Shown piece by piece: positions 17,419-26,642 of a stretch of 41,550 bases of DNA; the stretch's first letter is position 1, and each line of letters opens with the position of its first letter. The notes beneath the pieces are model-generated. The model was not told where the DNA came from, did not search any database, and saw only the letters and a program-made list of their open reading frames with translations. The position numbers and the translations under genes were made by a program. The stretch is from Candidatus Hydrogenedentota bacterium (GTDB lineage: Bacteria; Hydrogenedentota; Hydrogenedentia; Hydrogenedentales; SLHB01), in the NCBI GenBank assembly GCA_045863295.1, contig BTWA01000001.1, positions 170,687 through 212,236 of the forward strand, written 5' to 3'.

Positions 17419-18828
17419 ATGGCGAAGAATATTTACCAGAAAATCTGGGACGCGCACGTCGTTGTGGACGAGCCGGGCAAAGACACCGTGATCTACATCG
17501 ACCGGCATTTTGTGCACGAGGTCACCTCGCCGCAGGCCTTTGAAGGCCTTCGTCTGGCGGGACGCACCGTGCGGCGGCCCGAGCTGACCTTCGCCACGAT
17601 GGATCACAACATTCCAACTACCGGCCGGGGTCTTCCGATTCGCGATCCCCTGGCGCGTACGCAAGTGGAAACACTTAAAAACAATTGCGCGTCATTCGGA
17701 GTGACGTGTTTCGACATGACCGACATGCGCAACGGCATCGTGCATGTGGTGGGGCCGGAACAGGGCTTGACCCAACCGGGCCAAACCATCGTTTGCGGCG
17801 ATTCGCATACCTCGACGCACGGCGCGTTTGGTGCGCTGGCGTTCGGCATCGGAACAAGTGAAGTCGAACACGTGCTGGCAACGCAAACGCTGCTGCAAAA
17901 GCCCTCGAAGACAATGGAAGTGCGGGTAAACGGCACGCTCCCAGTCGGATTGACCGCAAAAGACGTCATCCTGGCGATCATCGGAAAAATTGGAACGGCC
18001 GGCGGCACGGGATATGTCATTGAATACACCGGAGACGTCATTCGCGCCTTGAGCATGGAGGGCCGCATGACCATCTGCAACATGTCCATTGAGGGCGGCG
18101 CGCGCGCGGGTTTGGTCTCGCCGGATCAGAAGACAGTGGACTACCTAAAGGGCCGCCCCTATTTGCCGCGGAATGTGTCCTTCGAGGACTTGGCGGTGAA
18201 ATGGTTGAGCTACGCATCCGATCCCGATTGCACATACGATCGGTTGGTGGAATTGCACGCCCGCGAAATCGAACCGCAGGTCACTTGGGGCACCTCGCCG
18301 GGCATGGTGACCGGCGTGTCCGGGAAGACCCCGGTGTTGGCGGAGATTTCGGACGCCGATCAACGCGCCAACACGGAGAAGGCACTGGCCTACATGGGGC
18401 TGGACGAAGGCGTGCCCATAACGCAAATTAAGGTAAACAAGATCTTCCTGGGCTCGTGCACCAACGCACGCATCGAAGACCTGCGTGCGGCGGCGAAGGT
18501 GCTAAACGGTCACAAGATTGCGCCAAACATCGAACTGGCCATGGTGGTTCCCGGATCCCAGCAGGTGAAAGCGCAGGCTGAACAAGAAGGCCTGGACAAA
18601 ATCTTCAAAGAGGCCGGATTCGAATGGCGCGAAGCCGGGTGTTCCATGTGCCTCGCCATGAACGAAGACCGCTTGCAGCCCGGAGATCGGTGCGCATCGA
18701 CGTCGAACCGCAACTTTGAGGGCCGGCAAGGCAAAGGCGGCCGCACGCACCTGGTCAGCCCCGCGATGGCCGTGGCCGCGGCGGTGGCGGGTCAGTTCAC
18801 AGACATCCGAACGTGGAAATTCAACTAG
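17419..18828 (+). CDS. leuC: 3-isopropylmalate dehydratase large subunit
   Basis: Motifs [53 protein letters not shown]. Confidence 0.98.
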   Translation: MAKNIYQKIWDAHVVVDEPGKDTVIYIDRHFVHEVTSPQAFEGLRLAGRTVRRPELTFATMDHNIPTTGRGLPIRDPLARTQVETLKNNCASFGVTCFDMTDMRNGIVHVVGPEQGLTQPGQTIVCGDSHTSTHGAFGALAFGIGTSEVEHVLATQTLLQKPSKTMEVRVNGTLPVGLTAKDVILAIIGKIGTAGGTGYVIEYTGDVIRALSMEGRMTICNMSIEGGARAGLVSPDQKTVDYLKGRPYLPRNVSFEDLAVKWLSYASDPDCTYDRLVELHAREIEPQVTWGTSPGMVTGVSGKTPVLAEISDADQRANTEKALAYMGLDEGVPITQIKVNKIFLGSCTNARIEDLRAAAKVLNGHKIAPNIELAMVVPGSQQVKAQAEQEGLDKIFKEAGFEWREAGCSMCLAMNEDRLQPGDRCASTSNRNFEGRQGKGGRTHLVSPAMAVAAAVAGQFTDIRTWKFN

Positions 18829-18893
18829 AGGGTGCGCGCGGCTCGGCGCTTTTCGCACGATTCGAATTGAGCGGCGTTACTCCTGGAAATCGT

Positions 18894-19631
18894 ATGGACA
18901 CGAGATATCGCAGTACAGCCATCGCCTTGTTCCTGACCTTCGTGGCGATGTCCTGTTCCTCGTTGCCGTCGGTGCCTTCCGTGGGCGGCGGCGGGGAATG
19001 GAAGGATGGAAAATACCGGCAAAGCGGCGTGAAGTATGTGCCCTTGAATCAGTTTCACGACGCCTGCGCCGGAGGAAACATCTTCGCTGTCAACAAGATG
19101 CTCGAAGACAATCCAAAAATCGTGAATCAGCACGACGACCAATTCGGCGAGTCGCCCTTGGGATGGGCGGTACGCGGCAAGGCGTACCAAGTGATACGGG
19201 TGCTTCTGGACAGCGGAGCCAAATTCGAAAGCCGCAATTTCGACGGCATGACGCCGCTGACCATTGCATTGGCCCAAGGGCGAAGCGATTTATTCATGCT
19301 GTTGGTGAACAACGGGGCAGATATCAATTACCCCGACGGTCACGAACGCACCGCCTTGCATTGGGCGGTAGCCAAGGGCTTGGGCAAAGTCGTGCAGTAC
19401 CTGGTGGAACGCGACGCGAAAATCAACGTAAGAGACGAGGACGGACTAACCCCGCTGGATTGGGCGGTCAACAACCGATACACCGATTTGGCAGACTACT
19501 TGAAAGGCGCGGGGGCCAAGCCCGGCGAGCCGGTAAAAAAACCAGAAGAAGAACCCGCGGCGGCGGAAACACCGGCGGAAATACCCGAGGACACCGCGCC
19601 CGCCGCGCCCGATGCGCAAGGAGGAAAGTAA
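18894..19631 (+). CDS. Ankyrin-repeat putative lipoprotein
   Basis: Hydrophobic N-terminus ending AMSC, ankyrin repeats ([32 protein letters not shown]) and an acidic Pro/Ala tail. Confidence 0.88.
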   Translation: MDTRYRSTAIALFLTFVAMSCSSLPSVPSVGGGGEWKDGKYRQSGVKYVPLNQFHDACAGGNIFAVNKMLEDNPKIVNQHDDQFGESPLGWAVRGKAYQVIRVLLDSGAKFESRNFDGMTPLTIALAQGRSDLFMLLVNNGADINYPDGHERTALHWAVAKGLGKVVQYLVERDAKINVRDEDGLTPLDWAVNNRYTDLADYLKGAGAKPGEPVKKPEEEPAAAETPAEIPEDTAPAAPDAQGGK

Positions 19632-19633
19632 AG

Positions 19634-20227
19634 ATGGAACCGTTTATCACCTTGACCGGAATCGTGGCTCCGTTGGACCGCATGAACGTGGACACGGACC
19701 AAATCATTCCAAAACAGTTTCTGAAACGCATCGAGCGTACTGGATACGAAGACACCCTATTCTTCGACTGGCGTTTTCTGGATGATGGAAAGACGCCGAA
19801 TCCCGATTTCGAATTGAATGCGCCCCGCTACCAGGGATCTTCCATTCTACTGACCCGCGACAATTTCGGGTGCGGCTCCTCGCGAGAACATGCGCCATGG
19901 GCATTGAAAGACTATGGCATACGCTGCATCATCGCGCCGTCGTTCGCCGACATCTTCTACAACAATTGTTTCAACAACGGAATGCTGCCGATCGTTTTGC
20001 CGCACGACGCGGTAGACCGGTTGTTCAAGGCAGTGGCGGCTCAGAAGGGCTATCAACTGACCATCGACTTGCCCAGCCAGCGAATCACCGGCCCCGAAGG
20101 CGTCTCCATTCCGTTTGAGCTCGATCCATTCTTGAAGGAACGTTTGTTGAACGGCTGGGATCAAATCGGGTTGACGCTGAGGCATGCAGACAAGATTGCC
20201 GCCTATGAAGCGGCACACGCGGGCTGA
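19634..20227 (+). CDS. leuD: 3-isopropylmalate dehydratase small subunit
   Basis: Motifs [42 protein letters not shown] before ATG 19634. Confidence 0.98.
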   Translation: MEPFITLTGIVAPLDRMNVDTDQIIPKQFLKRIERTGYEDTLFFDWRFLDDGKTPNPDFELNAPRYQGSSILLTRDNFGCGSSREHAPWALKDYGIRCIIAPSFADIFYNNCFNNGMLPIVLPHDAVDRLFKAVAAQKGYQLTIDLPSQRITGPEGVSIPFELDPFLKERLLNGWDQIGLTLRHADKIAAYEAAHAG

Positions 20228-20248
20228 TTACGGCGCAGGTGCGGGCGA

Positions 20249-22510
20249 TCAGTCGGCATTACGGGTAAAACCTGCGAGCAGAACCCCTATGGCGACAACG
20301 GCCAACCCGGCAAACGAAACCCCTGCGGCGAAATAAAACAACAGCGGTTGATAGGAAAATTCGATTTCGTGCTCGCCTTCGGGTGTGAGCACGCCCCGAA
20401 AAAGGCCGTTTACCCGGAGTATGGGCACCTCGTTGCCGTCCAACCGCGCAACCCATCCCGGGGCGAACGAATCCGTTAAGACGGTCATTCCATCCGAGGG
20501 CGCTTTTACGCGAACGATCAGGTGTTCGGACGATCTATCGTCGACGGAACACGTCGCGTCGCGTCGCGTCAGTGTGGATCCGGTCTGCGCACTCAACGCC
20601 GCACCCGCACCTTCTCCCACGGCAATGCATTGCGAATCGGGATCGAATTCAGTGGGCGCCATCAATGCGATGTCTTCAGGCGCGCCGGTGCCGGGACTTA
20701 CGCCGGGCACCCAATACGACCGCGGCAACGCTTCTTCGATGGCGTACATGCGCAATGTGCCGCTGGCGGAAATCGGGCGGAGCGCTGGGCCTGGGTTGTC
20801 CCATTTTCCGTCAAAAAGGTCGCCTTCCGGAGATGCCAGTAGCGCGTTTGCGGCCATCAGCGTGATTAGATGGGGCTGGGTCGCGCCTCGTTGCGCCACA
20901 GCAGCGGCATCAGCCGCTTCAGCGTCGTTTGCGAGGGCGCGCCACCACGCGAGTTGGTGCACAGTCATGGGCAAATAGGCGCCTCCGGCCATGTAGATGG
21001 GAAAAATCAGGCCCAGATTGGGCGGCAAATGGCCGTCGCGCGGTTTGGCCGATACCAGCAAGCGCGCCCCGACGGCCTGCCGTGCCGCTTCGTCAATCTC
21101 TTTCATGTAGCGGTTGTATGCCCGCGGCGCGTTCTGATACGGGTGCACATAGACGTTTCGGCTCGCGGTGGCCAAATCGATTACGAGCACGCTTGCCAAG
21201 AGAGTTCCCGCAATCGGAACCATCCATCGGAAGCGAAAAGCCGCGAATCCAAGGATGACAATGAGCAGGGCAAGAATATAGCCACGCACCGCACCTGGAT
21301 AAGCCCAAAAGAGGAGTGCCGACCAACACAGAATTGCCAGAACCGGAACCAGCGCAGGCTGGGCGCGGTGGCCTTTGCGCGGCGACAAGATCCGGTCCAC
21401 GCCAATGCCCGCGAGCGTAGCCATGCAAAACGCGGCAACAAAATAGAGGGCGGGTTGCAGAGACAAAAATCGCTGTGGCCACGGAGCGAACAGAGCCGCC
21501 AGCACGCAGGAGGCCGCGACCGCGCCAAAGAAGAGTCCGTTCGGCCAGCGCTTGCGGTGAAAGAAGGCGATTGGCGCCAGCACAAGTACCGCGATGCCCT
21601 GGTAAGCCAACCGGGGAAGCGATCCGGGCGAAGATCCGGCGACCTGAATAAACCAGTCCGTGGGCCCTGCGGGCATTTCGCCAGCCATTCGCACACCCCA
21701 GACCAAATCCCGAGCAGTGGCCCAATTGGTGGATTCCATGAGAACGGGCAACCACATCACGCACGAAGTCGGCACGGCCACCCCCAGAACAATCAGCGGA
21801 TCCATGAAGCGGCGGACCCATTCCCAACGCGACTTTTCAGGGGAGTGCGGTTCGAGCCAAATCAAATAGGCCACCGCCAAGGCAGAAAACGCCACCGCCA
21901 GGGCGAGTCCACCCGACAACGCGGAAAATCCGGCAGCGAGCCCGCCCAACAGCAAGGGCCACCGGCGGCGCGTGTCTCTCGTGGCGCAGACCGCCCAAAA
22001 GATAAAGGGTGCCCATGCCAGCGCGGCGGCCGTGTCCGGGCGCGACATGCCCGCGGCCACTGCCCCGCTGAGCGCGAATCCCAAACCGCCCAGTAACGCA
22101 GCCTCGTATCGCAAATCCAACGAACGCAGAAACAACGCAGTGCCAAACCCCATCAGAAACAAGCAGAGGAATGCGTGCAACGCCATGGCTTGCTCCGTGG
22201 GGAAAAAAGCGAACACGGCGTTTAGCGGTTGAAACAACCCGAGGCGCGGGTCGGCAAACATTGGATAGCCGCACATCTGGCGCGGATTCCACAGCGGCAA
22301 TTCGCCCTCCGCATATCGCGAGAAGGCATAGTGGTAGGTTGGATAGTAATACTGGTAGAGGTCCTGGCTTTCGTAGGTATCGGCGATGGTTGCATGGTTC
22401 AATTCGACGCTCTGCCAAAAGAACGGCGCGATCACGGCGAACGCGGCCGCAACCAGAAACAACGGCAGCGCGCCGTAGCGCGCCGGTATGATGCCATCGT
22501 CAGAAACCAA
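20249..22510 (-). CDS. YfhO-like polytopic membrane protein (GT-C glycosyltransferase-like)
   Basis: N-terminal GELPLWNP..CGYPMFAD, many TM helices, C-terminal APGWVARLDG..VPILRVNGLFRGV..PEGEHEIEFSY. Start codon uncertain. Confidence 0.85.
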   Translation of the reverse strand: MVSDDGIIPARYGALPLFLVAAAFAVIAPFFWQSVELNHATIADTYESQDLYQYYYPTYHYAFSRYAEGELPLWNPRQMCGYPMFADPRLGLFQPLNAVFAFFPTEQAMALHAFLCLFLMGFGTALFLRSLDLRYEAALLGGLGFALSGAVAAGMSRPDTAAALAWAPFIFWAVCATRDTRRRWPLLLGGLAAGFSALSGGLALAVAFSALAVAYLIWLEPHSPEKSRWEWVRRFMDPLIVLGVAVPTSCVMWLPVLMESTNWATARDLVWGVRMAGEMPAGPTDWFIQVAGSSPGSLPRLAYQGIAVLVLAPIAFFHRKRWPNGLFFGAVAASCVLAALFAPWPQRFLSLQPALYFVAAFCMATLAGIGVDRILSPRKGHRAQPALVPVLAILCWSALLFWAYPGAVRGYILALLIVILGFAAFRFRWMVPIAGTLLASVLVIDLATASRNVYVHPYQNAPRAYNRYMKEIDEAARQAVGARLLVSAKPRDGHLPPNLGLIFPIYMAGGAYLPMTVHQLAWWRALANDAEAADAAAVAQRGATQPHLITLMAANALLASPEGDLFDGKWDNPGPALRPISASGTLRMYAIEEALPRSYWVPGVSPGTGAPEDIALMAPTEFDPDSQCIAVGEGAGAALSAQTGSTLTRRDATCSVDDRSSEHLIVRVKAPSDGMTVLTDSFAPGWVARLDGNEVPILRVNGLFRGVLTPEGEHEIEFSYQPLLFYFAAGVSFAGLAVVAIGVLLAGFTRNAD

Positions 22511-22568
22511 ATCGCATTCCAGATGCCTGCAGTGGCGTCCCGAAATTATCCACTAGCGCAACGTGCGC

Positions 22569-23117
22569 TCAACTATTGACCACGGGGCCAGCCAAGTCAA
22601 CCCAATAACGGGACACTGGCTTACCACTGTACGGTGAAGGATCCTCGCCCGCAAAAACGCCGCCGTTCTTTTGGATGATTCGCGCGGATCCGGCGTTCTC
22701 CGTATTGCAGGTTATCAGCACGCGGGTCAGTCCGAATTCGCGGGCCTTCTGAAGCGTCAACCCGCACAGGAGGGAACCGTATCCGCGTCGTCTGCAGCCG
22801 GGGCGCACCGAATAGCCGATGTGCCCGCCTTCAATCAGGAGCCATTGATTCAACGTATGCCGTAACCAACTCCCCGCGACAATGGACGTGCCATTTCGGA
22901 TAAGCCAAAAAGTCGTTTGTTGCACGTACCCTTCCGGCAAACCATGGCCTTCCGCAAGCAACTCCGCTTGGGCAATGTAACGCAAGGGATCGTTGCATTC
23001 GGCGGCACGGGGCAAATCGTATTCCTCGCCCACGGAACGGTATTCCATAACCATGCTCCGGAATTCCGCCGCGAAAGAGGCGCAGGGTCTCACGAGATCG
23101 AATTGGTCGGCGTGCAT
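22569..23117 (-). CDS. GNAT family acetyltransferase
   Basis: Motifs GGHIGYSVRP..RRRGYG and VLITC...N.GS.RII.KNGG. An alternative start exists at 23150. Confidence 0.85.
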   Translation of the reverse strand: MHADQFDLVRPCASFAAEFRSMVMEYRSVGEEYDLPRAAECNDPLRYIAQAELLAEGHGLPEGYVQQTTFWLIRNGTSIVAGSWLRHTLNQWLLIEGGHIGYSVRPGCRRRGYGSLLCGLTLQKAREFGLTRVLITCNTENAGSARIIQKNGGVFAGEDPSPYSGKPVSRYWVDLAGPVVNS

Positions 23118-23150
23118 TCTGTCTTCCAAGATAGCCACCACGCGTGCCAA

Positions 23151-23819
23151 TCAGCTACCCGGTTCCAGTGCGGGCTGCGGCAAACGGCGCAGTACATGGC
23201 TTGCCACGTCGCGAAGCGAATCATACACCGCGGCGGGCTCAAGGTGCTCCAGGGCCTCACGGGTCATGTAGCCTGTAGTGACACAGAGGCATTCGACCCC
23301 GGCCGCGCGCGCCGCCAACACGTCGAAATCCATGTCGCCCACAAACAGCGTTTCGGCGGCGGTGACGCCCAGGTTCTCCATGGACTTTAAGACCGCCTCC
23401 GGGTCCGGTTTGGGGTTCGTGACTTCGTCCGGTCCAATCCGGGAATCAAAGTAATCCAGTATGCCAAGATGATCCAGAATCTTGGCGGCATAGGTCATGC
23501 GCTTGGACGTCGCCACCCCCATCACCAGCCCCGCTTCGCGCAGCGCGCTTAGGCATTCCGTTGCGTACGGGAGGAGTGTGGTGCGAGGGCAGCAGATGTT
23601 GGCGTAGTACTCGCGGTAGATGCGCGCGCAGTCGTCCACAGGATGGGTCGACATCATGGCGAACTGTTTCTCCAGTACGAAGCCGATGCTGTTGACAATG
23701 GCGTCGCGCGGCGGGCGCGCCTCGCCAAGCGTGTCAAACGTGTGAAAGAACGATTCGACAATCGCATCGGTCGAGTCGATCAATGTTCCATCGAGGTCGA
23801 ATACCACAGCCTTGATCAC
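23151..23819 (-). CDS. HAD-superfamily hydrolase (phosphoglycolate phosphatase-like)
   Basis: Motifs FDLDGTLIDS, KPDPE and FVGD...D. Start overlaps the purN stop. Confidence 0.9.
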   Translation of the reverse strand: MIKAVVFDLDGTLIDSTDAIVESFFHTFDTLGEARPPRDAIVNSIGFVLEKQFAMMSTHPVDDCARIYREYYANICCPRTTLLPYATECLSALREAGLVMGVATSKRMTYAAKILDHLGILDYFDSRIGPDEVTNPKPDPEAVLKSMENLGVTAAETLFVGDMDFDVLAARAAGVECLCVTTGYMTREALEHLEPAAVYDSLRDVASHVLRRLPQPALEPGS

Positions 23820-24454
23820 GGCGATTGCACTTCCTTCTTTTCGAGAACACGGACACGCCGCCCATCCACCGATACGCGCCCTTCCGCGATCATTTGAATG
23901 GCCCGCGGATACACTTCCCGCTCCTTCGCCTGGACTCGTTCGGCAAGTGTGTCCACCGTGTCATCTTCCAGGACAGGCACATGCGCCTGCAGAATGATCG
24001 GGCCGTGATCGTATTGATTGTCGGCAAAATGCACCGTGCAGCCGCTAATCTTTGCGCCATACGCGAGGACCGCCTCGTGCACATGATGCCCGTACATCCC
24101 CTTGCCACAGAACGCAGGAATGAGCGCGGGATGCACATTGATGACCCGGTTGGCGTACGCATCCGGAATGCGCAACAGGCACATGAATCCCGCCATCACC
24201 ACGAGCCCGGGGGCGTGCCGATCGATTTCAGTCCACACCGCCGCGCTGAAATCGTCCACGCTCTTAAATTCCTTGCGCGATACAATGGCGTGCGGTATGC
24301 CATGATTTTGCGCGCGCACCAGCCCGTATGCGTCCGGCCGCGAGGCAACAACACAGTTTATTCGCGCGTCTAGCCGGCATTGCTCGATGTGCTCGATGAG
24401 GTTTTGCAGCGTCGAACCGCTGCCAGAGAGCAGGACGGCAACTTTCAACGGCAT
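23816..24454 (-). CDS. purN: Phosphoribosylglycinamide formyltransferase
   Basis: Motifs LLSGSGSTLQ, AGFM, NVHPALIP, GCTVHF, YDHGPII. Confidence 0.96.
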   Translation of the reverse strand: MPLKVAVLLSGSGSTLQNLIEHIEQCRLDARINCVVASRPDAYGLVRAQNHGIPHAIVSRKEFKSVDDFSAAVWTEIDRHAPGLVVMAGFMCLLRIPDAYANRVINVHPALIPAFCGKGMYGHHVHEAVLAYGAKISGCTVHFADNQYDHGPIILQAHVPVLEDDTVDTLAERVQAKEREVYPRAIQMIAEGRVSVDGRRVRVLEKKEVQSP

Positions 24455-24478
24455 AACGCCACCCGAATCGGCTGGGAA

Positions 24479-25318
24479 TTACGCATCCCAGTGTCCGGTG
24501 TACACTTCGGTCGCGGGGCCTTCCTGATAGACGCAACCGTCTTCGGCCCACTCGATGGCAAGGGTTCCGTATACGAGATGGACATTTACCTTTTTGTCGA
24601 CTCGATCGGTGATCATGGCGGCGAGGGCGGAACCGCAGGATCCACTGCCGCTGGCCATCGTAATGCCGCTGCCACGTTCCCAGATGCGCATGACCATATT
24701 CTGTCGATCCTGCACGGTAACGAATTCAACATTCGTGCGCTGTGGAAATTGTGGGTGGTTTTCAATCTTCGGGCCGATGTCCGCAAGCGGGACTTTTGTG
24801 GCGTCGTCCACAAACACAACGGCATGCGGATTGCCGATGTTGGCGCAGGTAATCCTGTAAGTCTGGCCGTTCACGTCGAGCGGTTCTTCCATCACGCGAC
24901 CTTCGGGGCCGATCATCGGAATCTCCGCGCGCTCGAATTTGGGTTTGCCCATATTGGACCGCACCGTCTTCACAATCTTGCCATCCAGCCCAAGAACCAC
25001 CCGGTTGGGGCCTCCGAGGGTGTCGATAATGAATTCCGCGCTCGATGTCATGCCGCGTTCATAGACATATTTGGCAAAACAACGGATGCCATTGCCGCAC
25101 GTTTCCGCCTCGCTGCCGTCTGCATTGAAGATTCGCATGGCAAACTCAGCCCCGCCCGATCCAGGCAGAATGAGAATAATCCCGTCCGCACCGGCACCCA
25201 AATGGCGATGGCTCATCGCACGGGACAATGCCGCGGGATCTTCAACGGGATACTTCACGGCATCAATAAACAGATAGTCATTGCCGAGACCATGCAGTTT
25301 TGTAAATTCGATGGACAT
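24479..25318 (-). CDS. dapF: Diaminopimelate epimerase family protein (second catalytic Cys replaced by Ser)
   Basis: Motifs KLHGLGNDY, FNADGSEAETCGNGIRC, GNPHAV, RTNVEF, WERGSGITMASGSGSC. Confidence 0.88.
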   Translation of the reverse strand: MSIEFTKLHGLGNDYLFIDAVKYPVEDPAALSRAMSHRHLGAGADGIILILPGSGGAEFAMRIFNADGSEAETCGNGIRCFAKYVYERGMTSSAEFIIDTLGGPNRVVLGLDGKIVKTVRSNMGKPKFERAEIPMIGPEGRVMEEPLDVNGQTYRITCANIGNPHAVVFVDDATKVPLADIGPKIENHPQFPQRTNVEFVTVQDRQNMVMRIWERGSGITMASGSGSCGSALAAMITDRVDKKVNVHLVYGTLAIEWAEDGCVYQEGPATEVYTGHWDA

Positions 25319-25356
25319 AGTGCGAGCCTGTTACTTCCCGTGTATCCGTAGCCCCG

Positions 25357-26355
25357 TCAGTCCCGCGCCAGCGCGGCCTCGACAAACAACCCCACCAGTT
25401 CTGAAAAGCTGATGCCAGCGGCGGCGGCCGCTTGCGGCATTAGAGATGTTTGGGTCATGCCCGGAAGGGTATTGACTTCAAGCCAAACGGGTTCGTCATC
25501 AACAAGGATCATATCACTGCGGCTCAGACCCCTACAACCCACGAGCATATGCACACGCTCGGCGAGGCGCTGCACTTTCCCCGTTGCGGCAATCGAAAGC
25601 GGCGCTGGTGTGATCTCTTCCGTCGCCCCCGGCGTATACTTCGCGTGATAGTCAAAAAACGACGCGGACACCGGCCGTATCTCCGTCGGGGGCAGGGCGC
25701 GAGGAGGGGTGCCGGGTTCAACGTCAAGCACGGCGCACGTGACTTCACGGCCACGGAGAAACCCCTCGACAAGCACCGTATCGTCGAGCTGAAACAAGGT
25801 GGGCAACGCAGCCCCGAGCTCGTCCGCATTCTGGGGAATGGCCATACCGAGGCTGGACCCCTGATTCGGACTCTTGGCCACGCAAGGGAAGCCCAATTCC
25901 GCTTCTACCCGCGCAACGGCCGCCCCGGAATCGCGCTCCCATTCGCCCTTGCCCAAGAGCACCTGGGGGGCAACGCGCACGCCCGCCTGCGCCACAACCG
26001 CCTTCGAACGGACCTTGTCCATCGCCAGCGCGCTGGCGGCGCACCCGGAACCGATGTACGGCAATCCGAGTATGTCGAGCATGCCCTGGAAGCGTCCGTC
26101 TTCGCCAAACGGCCCGTGAAGCGCAAGGTACACGCAGTCCACGTCCAGTTCCTTCAAGCGCCGCACACCACAAAACACGTCGCACGGGGCCTCGCCCGGG
26201 TATTCCCATGCTCCGTCGCGATGAATTGTCACGGGGGTGACGCGGTAGCGGTCGGCGTTCAGGTTCTCGCTTACCTTGCGGCCACTATTCAACGAGACAT
26301 CGTGCTCGGAACTGACTCCTCCCATAATGACGGCGACATGCTTGCGCGAGGGCAT
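25357..26355 (-). CDS. ddl: D-alanine--D-alanine ligase
   Basis: Motifs GGVSSEHDVSL.SG, LHGPFGEDG, GSSLG, FFDYHAKY, LEVNTLPGMT..S. Confidence 0.95.
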   Translation of the reverse strand: MPSRKHVAVIMGGVSSEHDVSLNSGRKVSENLNADRYRVTPVTIHRDGAWEYPGEAPCDVFCGVRRLKELDVDCVYLALHGPFGEDGRFQGMLDILGLPYIGSGCAASALAMDKVRSKAVVAQAGVRVAPQVLLGKGEWERDSGAAVARVEAELGFPCVAKSPNQGSSLGMAIPQNADELGAALPTLFQLDDTVLVEGFLRGREVTCAVLDVEPGTPPRALPPTEIRPVSASFFDYHAKYTPGATEEITPAPLSIAATGKVQRLAERVHMLVGCRGLSRSDMILVDDEPVWLEVNTLPGMTQTSLMPQAAAAAGISFSELVGLFVEAALARD

Positions 26356-26642
26356 AAGTGCGGGTTACTCCCAAAGTTGTTGCAGAGAGACAGATGATAT
26401 CACACCGAATTGTGAACAGAGCCACATCCAGCCAGAATTAAATCCTCACCCGGCCCGAAATGTTTCGACTACAGCGATCTGCGTTTTCACGCAGCCGCAA
26501 TATATGCCCTGAGGTACTGCATTTAGACGCAAACCGCCCACATTCACGGCTACCGATTTTCTTAAATTACTCCACCCAAAAACGTCCTGGAGAGAAGGAA
26601 TGTCCTGACTGCGTGCCGTCGTAACCACAACGTACCCGCTCT

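Noticed and set aside
18716..19633. 503 aa ORF suggesting an extended LeuD or a frameshifted LeuC-LeuD fusion
   Set aside because: The extension is an alternative frame of the ankyrin gene. LeuD homology and a strong RBS begin at 19634.
25357..26355. Van-type D-Ala-D-Lac or D-Ala-D-Ser ligase
   Set aside because: The omega loop FFDYHAKY keeps the Tyr typical of D-Ala-D-Ala ligases, and no van genes are present.
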